Shown in pieces: positions 39,275-51,895 of a stretch of 64,000 bases of DNA. A model generated the notes under the pieces. It saw nothing but the letters and a program-made list of their open reading frames with translations, was not told where the DNA came from and searched no databases. The translations under genes and the position numbers were made by a program. The stretch is from Podarcis pityusensis (taxonomy: Eukaryota). Position 1 is the stretch's first letter, and each line of letters starts with the position of its first letter. The stretch is taken from assembly GCA_964106645.2 (NCBI GenBank), contig OZ067038.1; one strand, given 5' to 3'.

Positions 39275-39888
39275 CAGTGGTACCTCTGGTTATGAACTTA
39301 ATTCATTCCAGAGGTTTGTTCTTAACCTGAAACCGTTCTTAACCTGAGGTACTGTTGAGACATTGAGTTTGTGCAGTTTTTGGAGTAGACAATTAGTGGG
39401 TTGACAAGAAGCCAAGTTAAACAGAATACGTGAGAAAGTCTGCTTGGAGACAGGGAAGCCTAGCAACAGGTGGTGATTGGCTAAGTTCTTCCTTATAAGC
39501 AGTATGACACAGCAGTTTTGTTGTTGGAGTGTTGAGTTTGGAGTAAGAGTGTGAATCTCGTCTGTGTATATAGTAACTTGTACAAAGCTGTACTCTGCCG
39601 TATATAATAAAGCTAACTAAAATCAAGTTACTCATCAGCAAGTTTTGTTCCTGTTCATCATCCTGGAATTCGCTGATTTGGCAGCTGGTAGCAGGAGTTA
39701 TGGTTGAGATCCATCAGCAAGTACCACTTTAGCTAATGGGGTCTTCTGCTGCTGCCACGCTGCCGGTGTGTGATTTCTGTTCTCATCCTGAGGCAAAGTT
39801 CTTAACCCGAGGTACTACTTCCGGGTTAGCGGAGTCTGTAACCCAAAGTGTTTGTAACCCGAGGAGTTTGTAACTCGAGGTACCACTG
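39275..39888 (-). mobile_element. Tc1/mariner-type MITE, copy 6, interrupted by a solo LTR
   Basis: CAGTGGTACCTC...GAGGTACCACTG|TA; the halves rejoin to the family sequence aacctgaggtac/cactttagctaatgggg. Confidence 0.9.
39353..39719 (+). mobile_element. Solo LTR (367 bp), Copia-like ends
   Basis: GGTAC|TGTTGA...TCAGCA|AGTAC (5-bp TSD, one mismatch); internal TATA-like and AATAAA motifs. Confidence 0.8.
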
Positions 39889-41147
39889 TATAACCAATAA
39901 AGTTGTGGCTTATTTGAACCCATAAATCTATATGCTGTTGTCTTGTCTGGTTATTTCACTCCCTAGGGAATTGTGTGGTTATGGGGTCTTGGTGCGCAAC
40001 TGGTATTCAGACACATTTGTGCCACCAGCTGCGGAGGCAGAGCATAGGATCATGGCCAGTAGCCATCGATAGCCCTCTCTTCCACGAACTTATCTAATGC
40101 TCTTTTAAAGCCATCTAAGTTGGTGACCATTGCTGCCTCCTGTGGGAGCAAGTTCCACAGTTATCTATGCACTACATTAAAAAGTACTTATGTATCCTGA
40201 ACAACATTGAGACAACATTGAGCTAGATGGACCAACAATGTGACTTGGTATGAATTAGCTTCATATCTTTTAGACTTTGACGTATGAATGTAACTCGGCT
40301 GACCCACTTATTTCTACAGCATCTCATGTACTCTTCTTTTGTCTGTGCTTTCTTATTATGCACAAATAGTGCAATCCATATGTATGAGCAAGCCTGGCAG
40401 AGCTAAAAAATAAAATAAAAAGTCTAATTAAAAAGCTTGCCTTATTTTTATCGATGAAGTGTTCTTCGCATCAGGCATAATAGTCAGATAATGGATCATC
40501 ACTCAGGATGAGGGATTGATAAATCAGGAGATGGATATATTCACTTGCAGACTAGAGATGACGGTTTGAAACTTATGAAAGAAAAAAGGGGGAAGCATGT
40601 AGGAACTACAGATTATAAATGGGAGTTGGAATAAATATTCCAAGTAAGGCTTCATTTTTATACAAACTAGGATGATTGCATGAAGTAATTCTCATGCACT
40701 GAAGAGCATTTAAGTCCTCATTTATTGTGAGTGATATTTAAATAACAGCTAGAGATGTATGACTCCACACATCTTTGAGACATTTTACTAATCTTATTGC
40801 AACCACTTTAACTTCCCTCCAAAGTCTTACACATTTTATTTTGTCTAAACAGGATTTTTAAACATGCCTCAGATTTCACTTTAGACAAAAATCAATAGTA
40901 TATTTGATTAGCACAAACATGAATTTCATGACTGTTACAACTGCCTGGAATCTTTTATATATACTATTAGTGCACTCATCTTCTTAGTGTGGATCCTTGT
41001 GGAATCCAAGGTGCCATCCATGCACAAGAGGGAGGCATGAGCAGGCACCCCAAGCTTTGTAGAAGCACAAAAATAGTAAAAACAACCTAGTAACCCTAAA
41101 GTGGACACACACACACACACCTCACAAAAACCAAACTCAATGAAGAC

Positions 41148-41578
41148 TGAGCTTTAAGATTCCTGCTCCATGATTGCAGTCATGAGATTGTTGTCTATCA
41201 CATGACGGTGTATGTTTTCATTCCAGTGGGAAGTGACGGAGACAGGATGTTTGTGTTACTGTGTTCTGTGAAGAGGGACTGTTGTTCTTTCTCTTTGCTG
41301 CCTGATGAGAAAGAGGAAGGAGCTAAGTAAGAGTGCTCCGAGTGTTTTATATGTAAATAAAAGTAGATTAGCCAAATACTGAGCTACTGAGTTCTGTTAC
41401 GCGGACTGCGAAAACTCTGCAGATCCCTAAGTGTGCTGACGTCTCCAAGTCATCAGTCGCTGTGATGTTCAGGCAGAAGAAAGCTTTTGAAGCTCCTGAA
41501 TGATCGACCAGGAGGTAGAGAACATGCCAGTCGGGCATGTGTCTCTACTAGGGTCCTACTCAAGAGTAGGATGGCTCA
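41148..41578 (+). mobile_element. LTR-like element
   Basis: TGAGC...GCTCA inverted ends, internal AATAAA (~41356), CpG-richer than flanks; no matching TSD found. Confidence 0.4.
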
Positions 41579-42469
41579 TTGGGCAAGGGTATGCTGGATG
41601 TCTGTTGGAGGAGGAGAACAGAAAACTAGGTAGGAGGTTGATTGAAATGGGAGGACCTGACAATTGCAGTTCTCACAGTTTCTCACTTTCCCAATCTGTG
41701 GAAGGAATTAAACATAGTGCTGTGATGTTTGCTCCATTAGTGCAAGATTGTCAGCTTGTGAGATGGAAAGACCTCCCCTCCCTTCCACCGTTTGCTTTAA
41801 TGAGCATTCTCACAACTTCCTCCCCCCACTAGAGCTAATTACAAGGAGCACAGTGCAGGGAGGAGAGGGGGAAGTCCCATTACACTTGTGGGAAGTCTTT
41901 GCACAGGCTTTCACTAGCAACACAAGTTAGCTGCACTCTCAAATTCAGCTTTCCACATTTCTGCAGCCATTTGTGATTTTTTTTAAAAAAGCTCCTTGTG
42001 AAAATTCTTAAGAATTTTAGTGCAAATTTCCCTCAATAAGCACATTTTTACTTGCACTTTTGATTATTTTTTGCAACATTGTATGTTATTCTCTGTAATT
42101 TGTTAATTTTTATGCACACTTTGCCCTAATATATGCATTTCTGTAAACATGCATTACTTACAAAACTAATTTAAGTGCTGAAGGATAGCTGTGATTTGGT
42201 TCACATACTGTTTTGGGAAAATGCCAATATGATAGCTTTGGCTTTACATGTGTATTGAATCAAATTTCTACCCCATCCCTAATCCTGGAAGAGGATACAG
42301 CTGGCTGGAACTCTGAAGAGGAGCATTCCACACAGCAACATTTTGTTGTCAGTCCCACTACGTACAATTCTAATTCTCAGACTAGTGCATGATCTTACTT
42401 TGAAGTGATTCCATATATAGTTTACACAGCGTATTTGCATAGTTCAACCAAATGGGAACTCTAGAGCTA

Positions 42470-42690
42470 CAAATATTATTTATTTATCTGTCACAATTAT
42501 ACCCCACTTTCCTTCCCAAGGAGCTCAAGTTTCCACATATGGTTCTCCCCCTACTCAATCCACACAACAGCCCTGTGGGGCAGGTTAAGCTGAGAGGCAA
42601 CATCAAGCAGTGAGCTTCATGGCTGAGTAGGGACTTAAACCCTGGTTCCCCACATCCGAGTCTGACACTGTAACCACTAAACCACCAGAC
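42470..42690 (-). mobile_element. MIR-like CORE SINE
   Basis: Antisense relative of 36625-36842 (atccacacaacagccctgtggggcaggttaagctgagag...cttcatggctgagtagggacttaaaccctgg). Confidence 0.7.
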
Positions 42691-44214
42691 TTCCTCGAAA
42701 GGGTGCTAAAAATTGTAGTTCTGTGAGAGGTAAGCTACAGTTCGTTGGCTTGTTGGGGGGAAGTCATGAGCTTTCAATGTGTGGTGTGTATGCAATCTAG
42801 GAATCTGCATTGGTGTGAAGAAGAAAACTAGGTAGACTTTGCAAACAAAATTGAAATGGTAAAAGTTGAAGGTTGCTTCCCCCCTCCCGACAAAGGTACA
42901 TAAATGGAGAAATACACACAATTTTCATGACCTCAAAGCAGAGGGGGCTTTGGAAGAACTTTTGGTAGTTGCAGATAGGACAATCTTTACCAAGTGTAAT
43001 TTTCAATGCCGCCTTTATCCCATATTTTGTGTATTTAGTTCTCCTATTTCCCACCAATGTTTTATGTCTTTCTCCTTCCTCCTTAATTCTAATTTCAGTT
43101 ACAAACAATGGAAAGGGGAGAAATCAAGAACTCATACTAAGTAACCAGAATATGAAGAAGTTGCAATGAAATCCTATTATTTTTTACTTAGGAGTAAACC
43201 CAGTAGAGTTCACTTGCCTTCAAGTGCCCTCACAGCATTGCAGTTTTAGTCTATGTATACTTACTAAATCCTTGCCAATTCTCCTGATTTTTATAGCTTG
43301 TTAGAACTGCAAGATTTGAGTGGGTTTCTGGTTTCAGGATTGCACACTTTTACTGCAGAATTTATGTCTCCACCTATATAAAATACTTCTCTTTTTATCT
43401 CCTGGAAACTAGTTTCCATTTCTTCCCATGCCCCACAGTTCATCCATACTGACAGAAAGTAACAACATTCTGTTCAGTCGGAATATATATCAAAATGAGT
43501 GAAGTGGAGAACATATTCAAATAATTGAAGAGAGGTATTTAGAAGTGACCCAGAATGTGCACACCTCACTGCCAATTGTGCAGCACCCCTCTTGAATGAG
43601 ACTGTGATCTAGGAGCTCATTTGCCAGCCATCATCTCTGCAGAGAACACAGGCCATCTTTGCATAAGAAAGAGACTTCATTACAGCCTGGCAGCATTTAG
43701 TTCTCATGGAACAGCAATGGCAGCAGACTGCAACTGGCAAGGGACCTAAGTGACTCAGTCTTAGAAACACATGACAGCCCTTGTCACAGAGAGGAAGGAA
43801 ACGTCCCTGGTTTTTCAAGACAGAAAAGGAAACTTGGATTTAGCTTCTGTCTGTAACAGGATCTTTTTTGCTGCCGTCAATGATCTTTGCATTATGAAAG
43901 ATTCTGACATTCTCCAAATACTGAAATTACACACTGAGCAGTGCCTTCGGGCAGCATGAATCCAAACTCCTCAGCCTCCTCTCAGCCTCTCCTAAAACAT
44001 CCAGTCAAAGGAAACACACACACACACACACAATACTTGTCTTCCATTATGGAGTTTTACTGTTATAAGGAGTTTCCCATTCTGACCCTGGACAGATCCA
44101 GATCTAGTTAGATTCAGCAAAGTTCTTGCATCACGTATTTTTGGATGGGCCCTGGTAAAATCAAGTCAGCAGTTGTCATCAGTCAAACTGGCACATGTTG
44201 TCCCATAATTCTCC

Positions 44215-44600
44215 TACTGGCTGTCATGCTACCAGGCCAAGTTTAAGGTCATTGACATATAATGCTCTGAACTCCTTGGAACCAGGTTACCTCCAGGAAC
44301 ACCATGGGAGAGCCATTCGTACTACTGCTGTATGCTTGTCATATGTCTACTGAGATGAGGGCCCACTAAGCGTGGCACTGCCTGTTCTTTGGAAGGCACT
44401 CCTAATGAACATCAGGCAAACACATTCAATATTGGCATTGAGGCACCATCTTCCTCTGTCCTCTGTTCACCCAAGCTTTCACTGATTAGTGATCCAGCTA
44501 AGTTGATATATTAAGCTCATTTAATGATTTGTGATGCATTTTGCTCTTCTTTTATGAATGCAGTTTTATCTTTGATTTTATGCTGTTGATCACTACGACT
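44215..44600 (+). mobile_element. L2 LINE 3' fragment, decayed
   Basis: ctactggctgtc...ttaaggtc...acatataatgctctgaactccttggaaccaggttacct, a decayed version of the L2 LHWLP..FK...GPxYL region. Confidence 0.5.
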
Positions 44601-44937
44601 TTTTCTTAATGTTAGTGGTATAGGGTTTTTTTGTTTTGTTTTTTAAAAATATAAAGTTTGGGCCTCTCAATCCTATGATTCTGCTAAAGTTGCAACTGCA
44701 TCAGTGTTTGGTGAATTAAAACTCTGTGCCTGTAACCTTGGGCAGAACTAGATAGCATTCCTTCTGACTTCAGCAATTCTTTGAATTATGACCAGCAGTG
44801 CTGTGTGGCAGCTTCTGTGGGTCTGGACAGGAAGCACCATAGGCAGAATACCAGGAAGGCAGATTGGTGCCATCATCAGGACAAGATCACATGTTCTCCC
44901 TTTGCACAGTGCTGAAGCAGTGGTTGGCACCCTATAG

Positions 44938-45291
44938 GTAAAGGGTAAAGGGACCCCTGACCATTAGGTCCAGTCGTGACCGACTCTGGGGTTGCAGCGC
45001 TCATCTCGCTTTATTGGCCGAGGGAGCCGGTGTACAGCTTCTGGGTCATGTGGCCAGCATGACTAAGCCGCTTCTGGCGAACCAGAGCAGCGCACAGAAA
45101 CGCCATTTACCTTCCCGCCGCAGTGGTACCTATTTATCTACTTGCACTTTGTCGTGCTTTCGAACTGCTAGGTTGGCAGGAGCAGGGACCGAGCAATGGG
45201 AGCTCACTCCGTCGCAGGGATTCGAACCGCCGACCTTCTGATTGTCAAGTCCTAGGCTCTGTGGTTTAACCCACAGCGCCACCCGCGTCCC
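44938..45291 (-). mobile_element. Full-length Sauria SINE (Squam1-type)
   Basis: Minus strand GGGACGCGGGTGGCGCTGTGGGTTAAACC head, B-box GGTTCGAATCC, ACCCTTT tail; 13-bp TSD TGGCACCCTATAG/TGGCAGCCTATAG. Confidence 0.95.
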
Positions 45292-46556
45292 TGGCAGCCT
45301 ATAGCTTCAGACTATTAGCTCTAACTCACACCACTTCTGCACAACCTGTACAACTTGATGCATATCTGTTACCTTGGAAAACAGCAGAATCAGAGAAGTA
45401 ATGTTTGCATATACGAGTAGGGGAAAGAGAGAGAAGCCCCGCTTGGTTTTAGGAAAAAATTGGTATGCCCAAGGATCAAATATTGTCCAGATTAAGCCAT
45501 TTTTTGAGACTGGAATGCTTACGACAGATGCCATTAGCAAGCTGTCAGTGCTACATTAGTCCCTTTATTTAATTGTTCAGTGCCAGCTCTGATACTAGGG
45601 GAGCTAGGGAAGAATCCAGCCAACAAAGTGAAGAAAACAAAAACAAGCCAATGGATGAATTCTCTCTGCTTAGCATGTCATTTGAGGTGTCAAGCTGGAA
45701 GTCACATCTAAACATGGTTAGATGTGAAAAAAGTTGGGATAAATAGGATGTGTGAGTGCCAAGTGCACCCTGTTTAAGGCAAGAGCCATAGCCTAGCAGG
45801 ACAACACACATTCTGCAAGCAAAAGAATTGACCAAGCCTTGATCTGTGGCATCTCTAGGGTGAGAGGGGAAAAACTTAGGTATGAAAGCCTCATGGTTTG
45901 AACTGGTATGAGGCAACTTCCAATGTTTATGTTCTTATGGCAATGTCTAAATGAAACCTTACACATACCTTCCACCAGAAAAAGGACCATCTGTCCTCAG
46001 GTTGGGATTAAAATAGCAAATGGTCAGTGCTTGTGTACTCAGACACCGCAGCTAGGTTTCATATAAGGACTATAAGTATAACCTTCTCACCCAAAACATG
46101 TCTTGCTTCCATGATCACTCTATCAGTCCTGACCACTCTATTATTCCTGCGTTTCCCCACAGACCATGCTGTAATGACATTTTCTTCCATTCATATATCT
46201 AATCATTAGACGGACTGAAATCCAAGGAGGCAACTGTCTGGCTGGGTATCAATCTTTCATCCTTTCCTTGCTAAATCTATTTTTTGCACACTGTAAATCT
46301 GCAACCCTCAACTCTAAAGCAAGCATTGGAAATCGTGATAAAGACATAAAATGGCATAAGTATTCCATAGACATGTCCATGCGTTATGAGGAGTAATTTT
46401 AAAACATCAATAAAGTTTGAACCGCATGCTGAATTTTCAAATTCATCATGGTCAGATGAGCTCCGCTTTCATCTTTCTCTGCTTCTTCACTCAATCCTTC
46501 AAATTATGACTGCAGACGATTAAAAATAGAAGAGGCACACACTGAGTGGTGCTTCC

Positions 46557-46561
<5 letters not shown>

Positions 46562-46598
<37 letters not shown>
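46562..46598. repeat. (AT)n microsatellite
   Basis: Directly visible. Confidence 0.95.
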
Positions 46599-46600
<2 letters not shown>

Positions 46601-46988
46601 AAAGGAATCTTTTCAAACCAAGTAACATGCAGAAAAGGCACACTAAAAAGCAATTATAATTCGGATGGAGCTTGACTGCTTTCCATAGGGCTGAGAGAGG
46701 CTGTTGAATTTGCAGACTGAGTGCGGATTAGCAGAGATGAAGGCAGTAGTAAGTGCCCATGTACCATTGCATTTAAAATGTAATGTCATTTCATGGGATG
46801 ATAAGTAATCATTTCATGTCTCAGTAACCTCAAACAAAAAATTGCACTTCTTAAGGGAAAAATCCATTTTCCCCTCTGAAAAAAAGGAGGCTGTAGTATG
46901 CAAGTGAATACTTTAGATAAGGAGACAGGCTGGAAGTTAAGGTTTCCATTGTTAAGCAAGGGTAACATTGCTTTGATGTTGGATGGAT

Positions 46989-47025
<37 letters not shown>

Positions 47026-47031
<6 letters not shown>

Positions 47032-47193
47032 TTTTTTCTGGGGGGACGCAGGGGTACGCATACCCTTAAACATTTTGTGAATCTTTGTACTTTTGCCCAT
47101 TTACTATATTTATTTTTCCCAATTTGAACTATAAAATGGTGATTTTCTTGAGTCAAAATGAGAGTACCCCTTAACATTTTTAAAGAAAAAAGC

Positions 47194-47197
<4 letters not shown>
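47026..47197. mobile_element. Short TIR MITE (hAT-like CAGTG ends)
   Basis: CACTGCTTTTTTCT...AGAAAAAAGCACTG 14-bp TIR with one mismatch; flanked by (CA)n on the left and (TG)n on the right. Confidence 0.75.
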
Positions 47198-47230
<33 letters not shown>

Positions 47231-47849
47231 ATTGCCTGGAGGTTGCTTCCCCGGGGCAGTGCTCCTTTTAATCTGTCATGGTGTCACTTTTTAGAAGCTG
47301 CTGTGGAAGTCTGTTATTATAGCAGACTAATTTGTGTTGGCTTGGTGTGATCTTGCCTATTGACACATCTCCCTTTAGATTACATTTTAAACACTTGCAA
47401 ATATATTCCTTTAGGATTGCCAGTGCTTGTCAACAATGTAATGGCAGCAAGCTCCTAACAGTATTGATTACTTTAACACAGAATCCAATGACCTGTAACA
47501 GCACCCAATAGGGCTTTGGATCTTGTCACCGAAGCACAAGATTTCAATTGCAGTGGAGCTCTTGTTCTCCTCTGTAGGTGATAAGGAGAAAGACATGTGG
47601 TATTATTCTTAGCTTCTAGGCTTTGCAGCTAGGGCATGTAACTGACACAACCTGGAGGGTTGTGAGGCTGTGGGATGTGAACACTTCCTACAAGAGCTGT
47701 ACTGAAATCTGCCTTTCAATTTCCCATTTGTGAAAGACCCTTTTCTTTTTCCTTCTAGTTTGAGGGTTACCTAGTCATTGTGAGGTGGTTGAAGATGGTG
47801 TGCTTGCCTTTTCTTTCTATTTAACATTCATATCCCCCACTGTACAGCC

Positions 47850-48560
47850 TCTCTGCTGCTTCTCTGGGGAGAGCATTCCACAAGAGGGGAGCCATAGCAA
47901 AGTTGCCACTCTCTGGATATCTCATGGAGGAGGAACACACAGGAGGGCCTTAGATGACTAATGCAAGGTCTGGATTGGTTCATATGGATAGAGGAGGTCT
48001 CTAAGACCTGAGCCATTTAAGGCTTTATAGGTCAAAACCAGCACTTTGACTTTGGCATGGAAGCTAATTGGCAGCCAGTGTAGTCAGGCCAGGTTTGGTA
48101 TAACATGCTCAAACCATCTTGCTCTTGTGAGCAACATGGCTGCTGAATTCTGATCAGCTGAAGTTTCCAAACCATCTTCCAAGGCAACATAGGCTATCCC
48201 TGTCTAGAAAGGAGCACAGCTGGGCCACCAGCCAAAGCTGATGGAAAGCACTCTGGGCCACTGAGGCCACCTGAGGCTCAAACCACACCAAAGAACCCAG
48301 AGGGACCCCCAAGCCTGCTCCTTCAGAGGGTGTGTAATGTAACCCCATCAAGAGCAGGCCGTCTCACATCCATCCAGTCTAGAGAACCACCCACTAACAG
48401 TGCCTCAGCCTTATCTGGATTAAGCTTCAGTTTGTTGGCTCTTGTTCAGCCCATCACTGAGGCAAGACAACAGTCTGCCACACCTGCAGATATAAAGAAA
48501 TAAAGCTGTGTGTCATCAGCATTATTGCTGACAACATACTCAAAAACTCCTGATGACTTA
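47850..48560 (-). mobile_element. L2 LINE ORF2 fragment
   Basis: ORF 48154-48351 (LGVPLGS...QVASVAQSAFHQLWLVAQLCSFLDRDSL) matches the L2 post-RT region; YADD-like remnant near 48510. Confidence 0.75.
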
Positions 48561-50949
48561 GCTGTAGTATCTTTTTCAGAAGATACACACTTTATGCATG
48601 TTATTTGATTGGCTAGAGAACTGTACCATACATGTCATAGGAGAGATTATGTACTTATTCTTAACTTGCTGATCACAGCCTGATCAACCTTATGACAAAA
48701 TACCCCCCCCCACACACACAATGTTAGGTTGTTCAACAGCAAGTGCTAAGCAAATACTGTGAAGAACATGTGCAAACAATTGTTCACAGCAATCTCTGGG
48801 CTTTCCTCATCCATATTCATACTGTTCATACTACAGGAAGCAGGAAAATTGACCCCAAAGCAGGCAATAAGTAAAAAAGTGATCGGCAGTAAGTACAATC
48901 TCTTTATGCTAGGGCAAAGTAAATTGAGATAACACATTAGACAGTCTGCAAACCACAAACCACTTACTTTATTCTGGGTTCAATTTCACTGAAATGCCAT
49001 TTGCAATTTCATAGCCGTGTTCTAGAGAAACCCTGAAGCAAGGGAATTCTCACTAATCTATAATTATTGGAAATATATTGGTCATCTGAATGTCTGGCAT
49101 GTCTGTAGACAGGCACACGATGAATCATCACAGTTCATTGACTTTTATTATCTCTTACATTTCCTCCAAATTGAACAAGAACCTGGGATATGTTAGTGGC
49201 CTTTTATGTGGAGACTATCACTAAAGCTATGTTTTCAGGACATATTCTTAGAATGGTTTTTTCCTGTCACAAGGTAGTACACTCACTGCAGGTTCATATA
49301 ACTGAATAAAACACCTGAGGTGCTAAGCTTGACATCAAATTCCACCTAAAATTTGGATTTGGGGCAAGATAGGCACCCTGTTCCTAATTGGGAAATTCCA
49401 TACGTAAGGCAGGCACTTGGGGACACTATTCCATCCATCATACTTTGTCATCCTCTATGAGTTGAATGGCAATTGTCTGAAGCAGGAAGCATCCTATACG
49501 CTTGCAGGTTCCTTGCATGATATATGGTATATCAGTGTACATAAGATGATGCAGGCTCCTTGCTTCAGATAGGACCTATCTGCACTATACATTTAAAACT
49601 GCATCATACCACATCATACAACTGTCATGGCCTCCCCCAAAGGATCCTGGGAGCTGTAGTTTGCAAAGGGCACGGAGAGTTATTAGGGCACCCCAATTCC
49701 CCTCACAAAGCTACATTTCCCAGAAATCCCAGGGAAGAGGGATTGACTTTTGAACCACTTTGGGAACTTTGGAGTGTTTGCGTGCGCGCGCACACACACA
49801 AACATGCAAGAAAATCATAATCGCCATCTTTCAGTGTTATAGAAAATGGTATTTGTTCAGTATAATGTGGGAGCTGATGTCATTTCCAACCACAGGAGCT
49901 AAATTTAGAATAACTTGGGGACTAATTTGATTAATTTATTTTGAGAGATGACAAACCGACAGCTTAGCCTTCCTTCCTAATTGCTTGTCAACATATTGTA
50001 TAGACAGATTTCTCCCCCTCCCTCCACAGTGAGTTACTAAATCAAATGTCACATACATAATTATAATGCTATATATTTATCAGTGCATATTAAGTTAAAA
50101 TAACAAAGAACAGAATTCAATGTTAGCATCTACTCAACATGGGAGGCATATAATTTTGTTTAATCTCAAACCCCTTTGAACTTGTTTTCTCGTGTTCCCC
50201 AAGGTTTATCCATTAGCCCGTGTCCCATTTTAAAACATGACCCCATACAGGACTCCTTTCCTCAGTTAAACAATTAACAAAGCCTGGTGTGAGTCATTAA
50301 TCTTTTGGTTCATGCACTCCCAAATCTCTGGAGATGCACCTAGAGCTGGTATTTATTTTGAGCTCTTTGAAATGTGAATCATTCCTGCAAACTCCTGAAG
50401 CCTTGAGACTCAAAATCTAATTACCTGCAAATGTTTGCACGAATAAGTATACTATTCAAACATATTCCCTGGCTTGGCAAAGCCTTTTAAAGATCAAAGA
50501 GCCCACACTTGCCTTGAGGCTTGTCACAGAAAATGCATATTAACTTTTAATAGAGTCACATGGTTGAAAGCCATGCACAAGATTCTGAAGGATAAAGTGA
50601 CACCCCTTTATGGTGAAGAGAGTCGCTATCTGCGATGGCCCTGTTGATCAAAGGAACCTAGAAAAGGTTCTAATGGGATCCATTGCCAGAACTCTGTGGT
50701 GTTTGGCAAACAGGAAAAAGAAAACTAACATCTGCCTGGGGTAGCATGCTACAGATCTCCCAGCCTCCTGTCCTGCCAAGGAGAACAGTCCCTCATGTAA
50801 GCTAAAAGTAACTTTCTTCTTCTTCTTCTGTGCAATGTACATTGCATATGGAGAGATTGATGAATATCTGTTGGTTGGGACATATGGGTCAGCCACTGGT
50901 GTGCCTAGACAGATCACTCCACAATGGAACAACTAAAAAGGAAACCATG

Positions 50950-51895
50950 TGCGCTTGGAGAAAACTGACCACCTGAACCCATTCCATTCTGGGTTCAGAG
51001 GAGGTTTGGGCAGCGAATTGCTCTTGGCTGCTGTGATGGATGGCCTTCATCAAGAGAAGGCCATAGGAGTATGCCCTATTAATACTCCATACTTCCCATG
51101 CCTTCAACCATGATATCTGGCTATAGGTTGAGAGTGGAAGGCACTGTGTTATGCTGGGTTCACTCTTACCTCGTGAACTGTTTTCAGAAATTAACACTGG
51201 GGGTCTACACCTCAGCCCCAGAGTATTTATGTTGTAAGGTGATTCAAAGGTACCTCTTGTCCTGATGCTATTGAACATCTATATGAAGCCACTGGAAGTA
51301 GTCATTAAGCAATTTAAAGTGAGGTGTGCCAATGACACCCAACTCTATATTCTCTGTGGAGAACATGGACTAGTGCTTGGACATGGTGGTGGACTGGACA
51401 AGGGCCAATAAGCTGAGACTTAATCCTAACAAGTTGGGGACCCTGTGAGCAGGAGGTTAGCTATTCCAAAAAAGACACAATCCTTCTGAAAGACCAGGTG
51501 CATAATCTAGGAGTGCTCCGGGATCCATTATTGTCACTGAGGGCACAGGTGGCCCCCATGTTTAGGAGTGTGTTGATTAGCTTTGGCCGGTTCACCAGCT
51601 GTGACTGTTCTTGTGCAGTGATAGCTTGGCTACAGTAACCCATGCACTGGTAATCTCAAAATTGGATCACAAGTAATATAATCTATGTGAGGCTGCCCTT
51701 GAACATTGTCCCAAAGCTGCAGCTGGTGCAAGATATGATGGGAAGCTCCCTGCATGGCACAGTCTACTGGAAACATGGCATTTATGCTGAAAGCCTTGCA
51801 CTGTTGCCAATTTGCTTTTGAGGAAATTCAAGGTGTTTATGTACTATAGGAGCCAGATACTTGAAGGTGCATTTCTCTCATATAGGACCTTCTGG
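50950..51895 (+). mobile_element. L2 LINE reverse-transcriptase fragment, frameshifted
   Basis: Remnants of LDPFQSGFR (ctgaacccattccattctgggttcaga), MLxNIYMKPL (atgctattgaacatctatatgaagccactg), ADDTQLY (gccaatgacacccaactctat) and KLRLNPxK. Confidence 0.8.

Larger units (their letters stand above)
39031..39998 (+). mobile_element. Short, internally deleted member of the DIRS/Ngaro-like family, interrupted by a MITE
   Basis: Starts taagtccgctcacc...ggtagatgg-tgttgcggccagg and ends with ccaataaagttgtggcttatttgaacccataaatc..., homologous to both termini of the 24064-24861 element; no TSD in the CR1 host. Confidence 0.6.
38898..40200 (-). mobile_element. CR1 LINE 3' end, split by a DIRS-like insertion
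   Basis: gaacataggaagagtttgctggatcaggccaatagcccatctagttcagcatcc...tttcctg | ctggtattcag...tagccatcgatagcc...ttttaaagccatctaagttggtgacc is antisense to the 5713-6284 CR1. Confidence 0.85.
37970..40266 (+). mobile_element. tRNA-derived SINE split into three pieces (37970-38097, 38885-38897, 40201-40266) by later insertions
   Basis: Head ggcttagtggcaaggcacaggctttacatgcaaagggtccaaaattcaatccctggcat...gcaagtca; resumes as gtgtatgcaa, then acaacattgagctagatggacc. Same family as the antisense copy at 53800-54187. Confidence 0.65.

Noticed and set aside
41295-41325. CTGATGA followed by GAAA, resembling a hammerhead ribozyme core
   Set aside because: No stem II between CUGAUGA and GAAA and no supporting stems I/III; it lies in a simple purine/pyrimidine hairpin.
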